A stretch of 64,000 nucleotides of DNA from Candidatus Saccharimonadales bacterium (GTDB taxonomy: Bacteria; Patescibacteriota; Saccharimonadia; Saccharimonadales; UBA10212): positions 35,091-99,090 of the forward strand of contig JBBRSU010000002.1 in assembly GCA_038245195.1 (NCBI GenBank), in the 5' to 3' direction. Shown here piece by piece: positions 63,318 through 64,000 of this stretch. Below the pieces are notes generated by a model, which searched no databases, had not been told where the DNA came from, and saw only the letters and a list, made by a program, of their open reading frames with translations. Made by a program: the position numbers and the translations under genes. Within the stretch, counting starts at the first letter, position 1. Every line of letters begins with the position of its first letter.

Positions 63318-64000
63318 CGGAATTGCCTCAGGAATTTTAAATTTGCGGATTCAAAATAGCGAACATCCTCGATGCCATACTTCATCATAACTAGCCGATC
63401 AATGCCCATACCCCACGCGAAACCGCTGTACACAGCTGAGTCTACACCGCCTTCTTTTAAGACATTAGGGTGAATCAAGCCACAGCCAAGTAGTTCAATC
63501 CAACCCGTATAACTACAAATGTGACAGCCTTTTTTCTGACAGAACGGGCAGGAAATAACAAACTCAAAACTGGGTTCCGTGAAAGGGAAATAAAACGGCT
63601 GGGTTTTAACTTCCAAGTTTTGGCCAAAATATTCTTCCAAAAAAGTCTTGAGTGTGGCTATTAGGTGTCCAGCGTTTATGCCTTTATCGACGTAAATGCC
63701 TTCTAGCTGGTAAAAAGTATGTTCGTGGCGAGCATCCAAATCTTCGTTTCTAAAAACCCGGCCTGGAATCACGGCTCTGATAGGCGGTTTGCCGGCTTTA
63801 AGCACCCGGTTTTGCATAATGCTGGTATGGGCAGGGGCAATTAGGCCTTCGTCGGTTAAAAAAGTATCGTATTCGTCGCGAGCTGGGTGATCCGGGGGGA
63901 AGTTTAGGCTGGTAAACATATGGTAATCGTCATCGATTTCGCGCGATTCTACGGATGTAAATCCCATCCTATAGAAAATGTCCAGGATTGTTTCAAGTTC
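63314..64000 (-). CDS. pheS: Phenylalanine--tRNA ligase alpha subunit (5' end beyond the right window edge)
   Basis: Class II motifs are present (FPPDHPARDEYDTF, RVFRNE, GFAWGMGIDRL). The frame stays open upstream of the track's internal Met to position 64000 (ELETILDIFYRMGF). Confidence 0.93.
   Translation of the reverse strand, partial: ELETILDIFYRMGFTSVESREIDDDYHMFTSLNFPPDHPARDEYDTFLTDEGLIAPAHTSIMQNRVLKAGKPPIRAVIPGRVFRNEDLDARHEHTFYQLEGIYVDKGINAGHLIATLKTFLEEYFGQNLEVKTQPFYFPFTEPSFEFVISCPFCQKKGCHICSYTGWIELLGCGLIHPNVLKEGGVDSAVYSGFAWGMGIDRLVMMKYGIEDVRYFESANLKFLRQFR

Noticed and set aside
1-64000. CRISPR arrays, insertion sequences, prophage or integrase genes, rRNA operons, alternative genetic code
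   Set aside because: I found no regularly spaced direct repeats, no transposase, integrase or phage-like ORFs and no rRNA-like sequence. All conserved genes are intact under the standard code with no in-frame TGA problem, so there is no sign of code 25 or code 4.

Overview
This is a dense housekeeping segment. By my coordinate tally about 97% of bases lie inside called genes. I call 53 protein genes, 48 of them on the minus strand, and one tRNA-Leu(UAG). I found no rRNA, CRISPR array, transposase, integrase or long repeat.

Gene content, left to right:
- a GT4 glycosyltransferase, partial and missing from the ORF track
- the block fusA, orf69, rpsG, rpsL, rpoC, rpoB
- clpP, tig, hisS, a membrane protein, gdh, tRNA-Leu, rsmD, recG
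- gatD-murT (lipid II amidation), tyrS, a class A PBP, radA
- an HExxH/coiled-coil protein, clpC, nusA, pepN, yraN, rnhB, rplS
- a PilB/GspE-like ATPase, a SpoU methylase, a CAP-domain protein, dnaE
- YtxH and DUF948-like proteins, gatC-gatA-orf134-gatB, uvrB, a type IV pilin-like protein
- a long carbon-metabolism run: gap, rpiB, rpe, split tkt, fba, pfkB kinase, a 344-aa unknown, a LOG/TIGR00725-like protein
- ppa, trxB, nrdH, an FKBP isomerase, pheT, pheS (partial)

Several traits are consistent with a small-genome Gram-positive-type Patescibacteria/CPR organism, possibly Saccharibacteria-like. They are the split transketolase, GatD/MurT, scattered type IV pilus parts, tight gene packing and intact ORFs under the standard code. 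This assignment is inference only.

I do not see a clear multi-gene novel system such as a defence island. The most interesting signals are local:
1. RNA polymerase beta-prime has lost all eight canonical zinc-ligand cysteines, at both Zn sites, in otherwise gaplessly conserved context.
2. Near-consensus CIRCE (HrcA-type) inverted repeats overlap the -35 regions of the promoters of both clpP and clpC.
3. A membrane-anchored HEPN/DUF4145-like Rx4H protein is translationally coupled inside the gatCAB operon.
4. A 69-aa ORF exactly fills the rpsG-fusA gap.
5. TyrRS has TIGN in place of the HIGH signature.
6. Consensus -10 boxes recur 7-13 nt upstream of start codons without Shine-Dalgarno sequences, which suggests widespread leaderless mRNAs.
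7. An uncharacterised 344-aa gene and a LOG-like gene are embedded in the pentose-phosphate/glycolysis operon.
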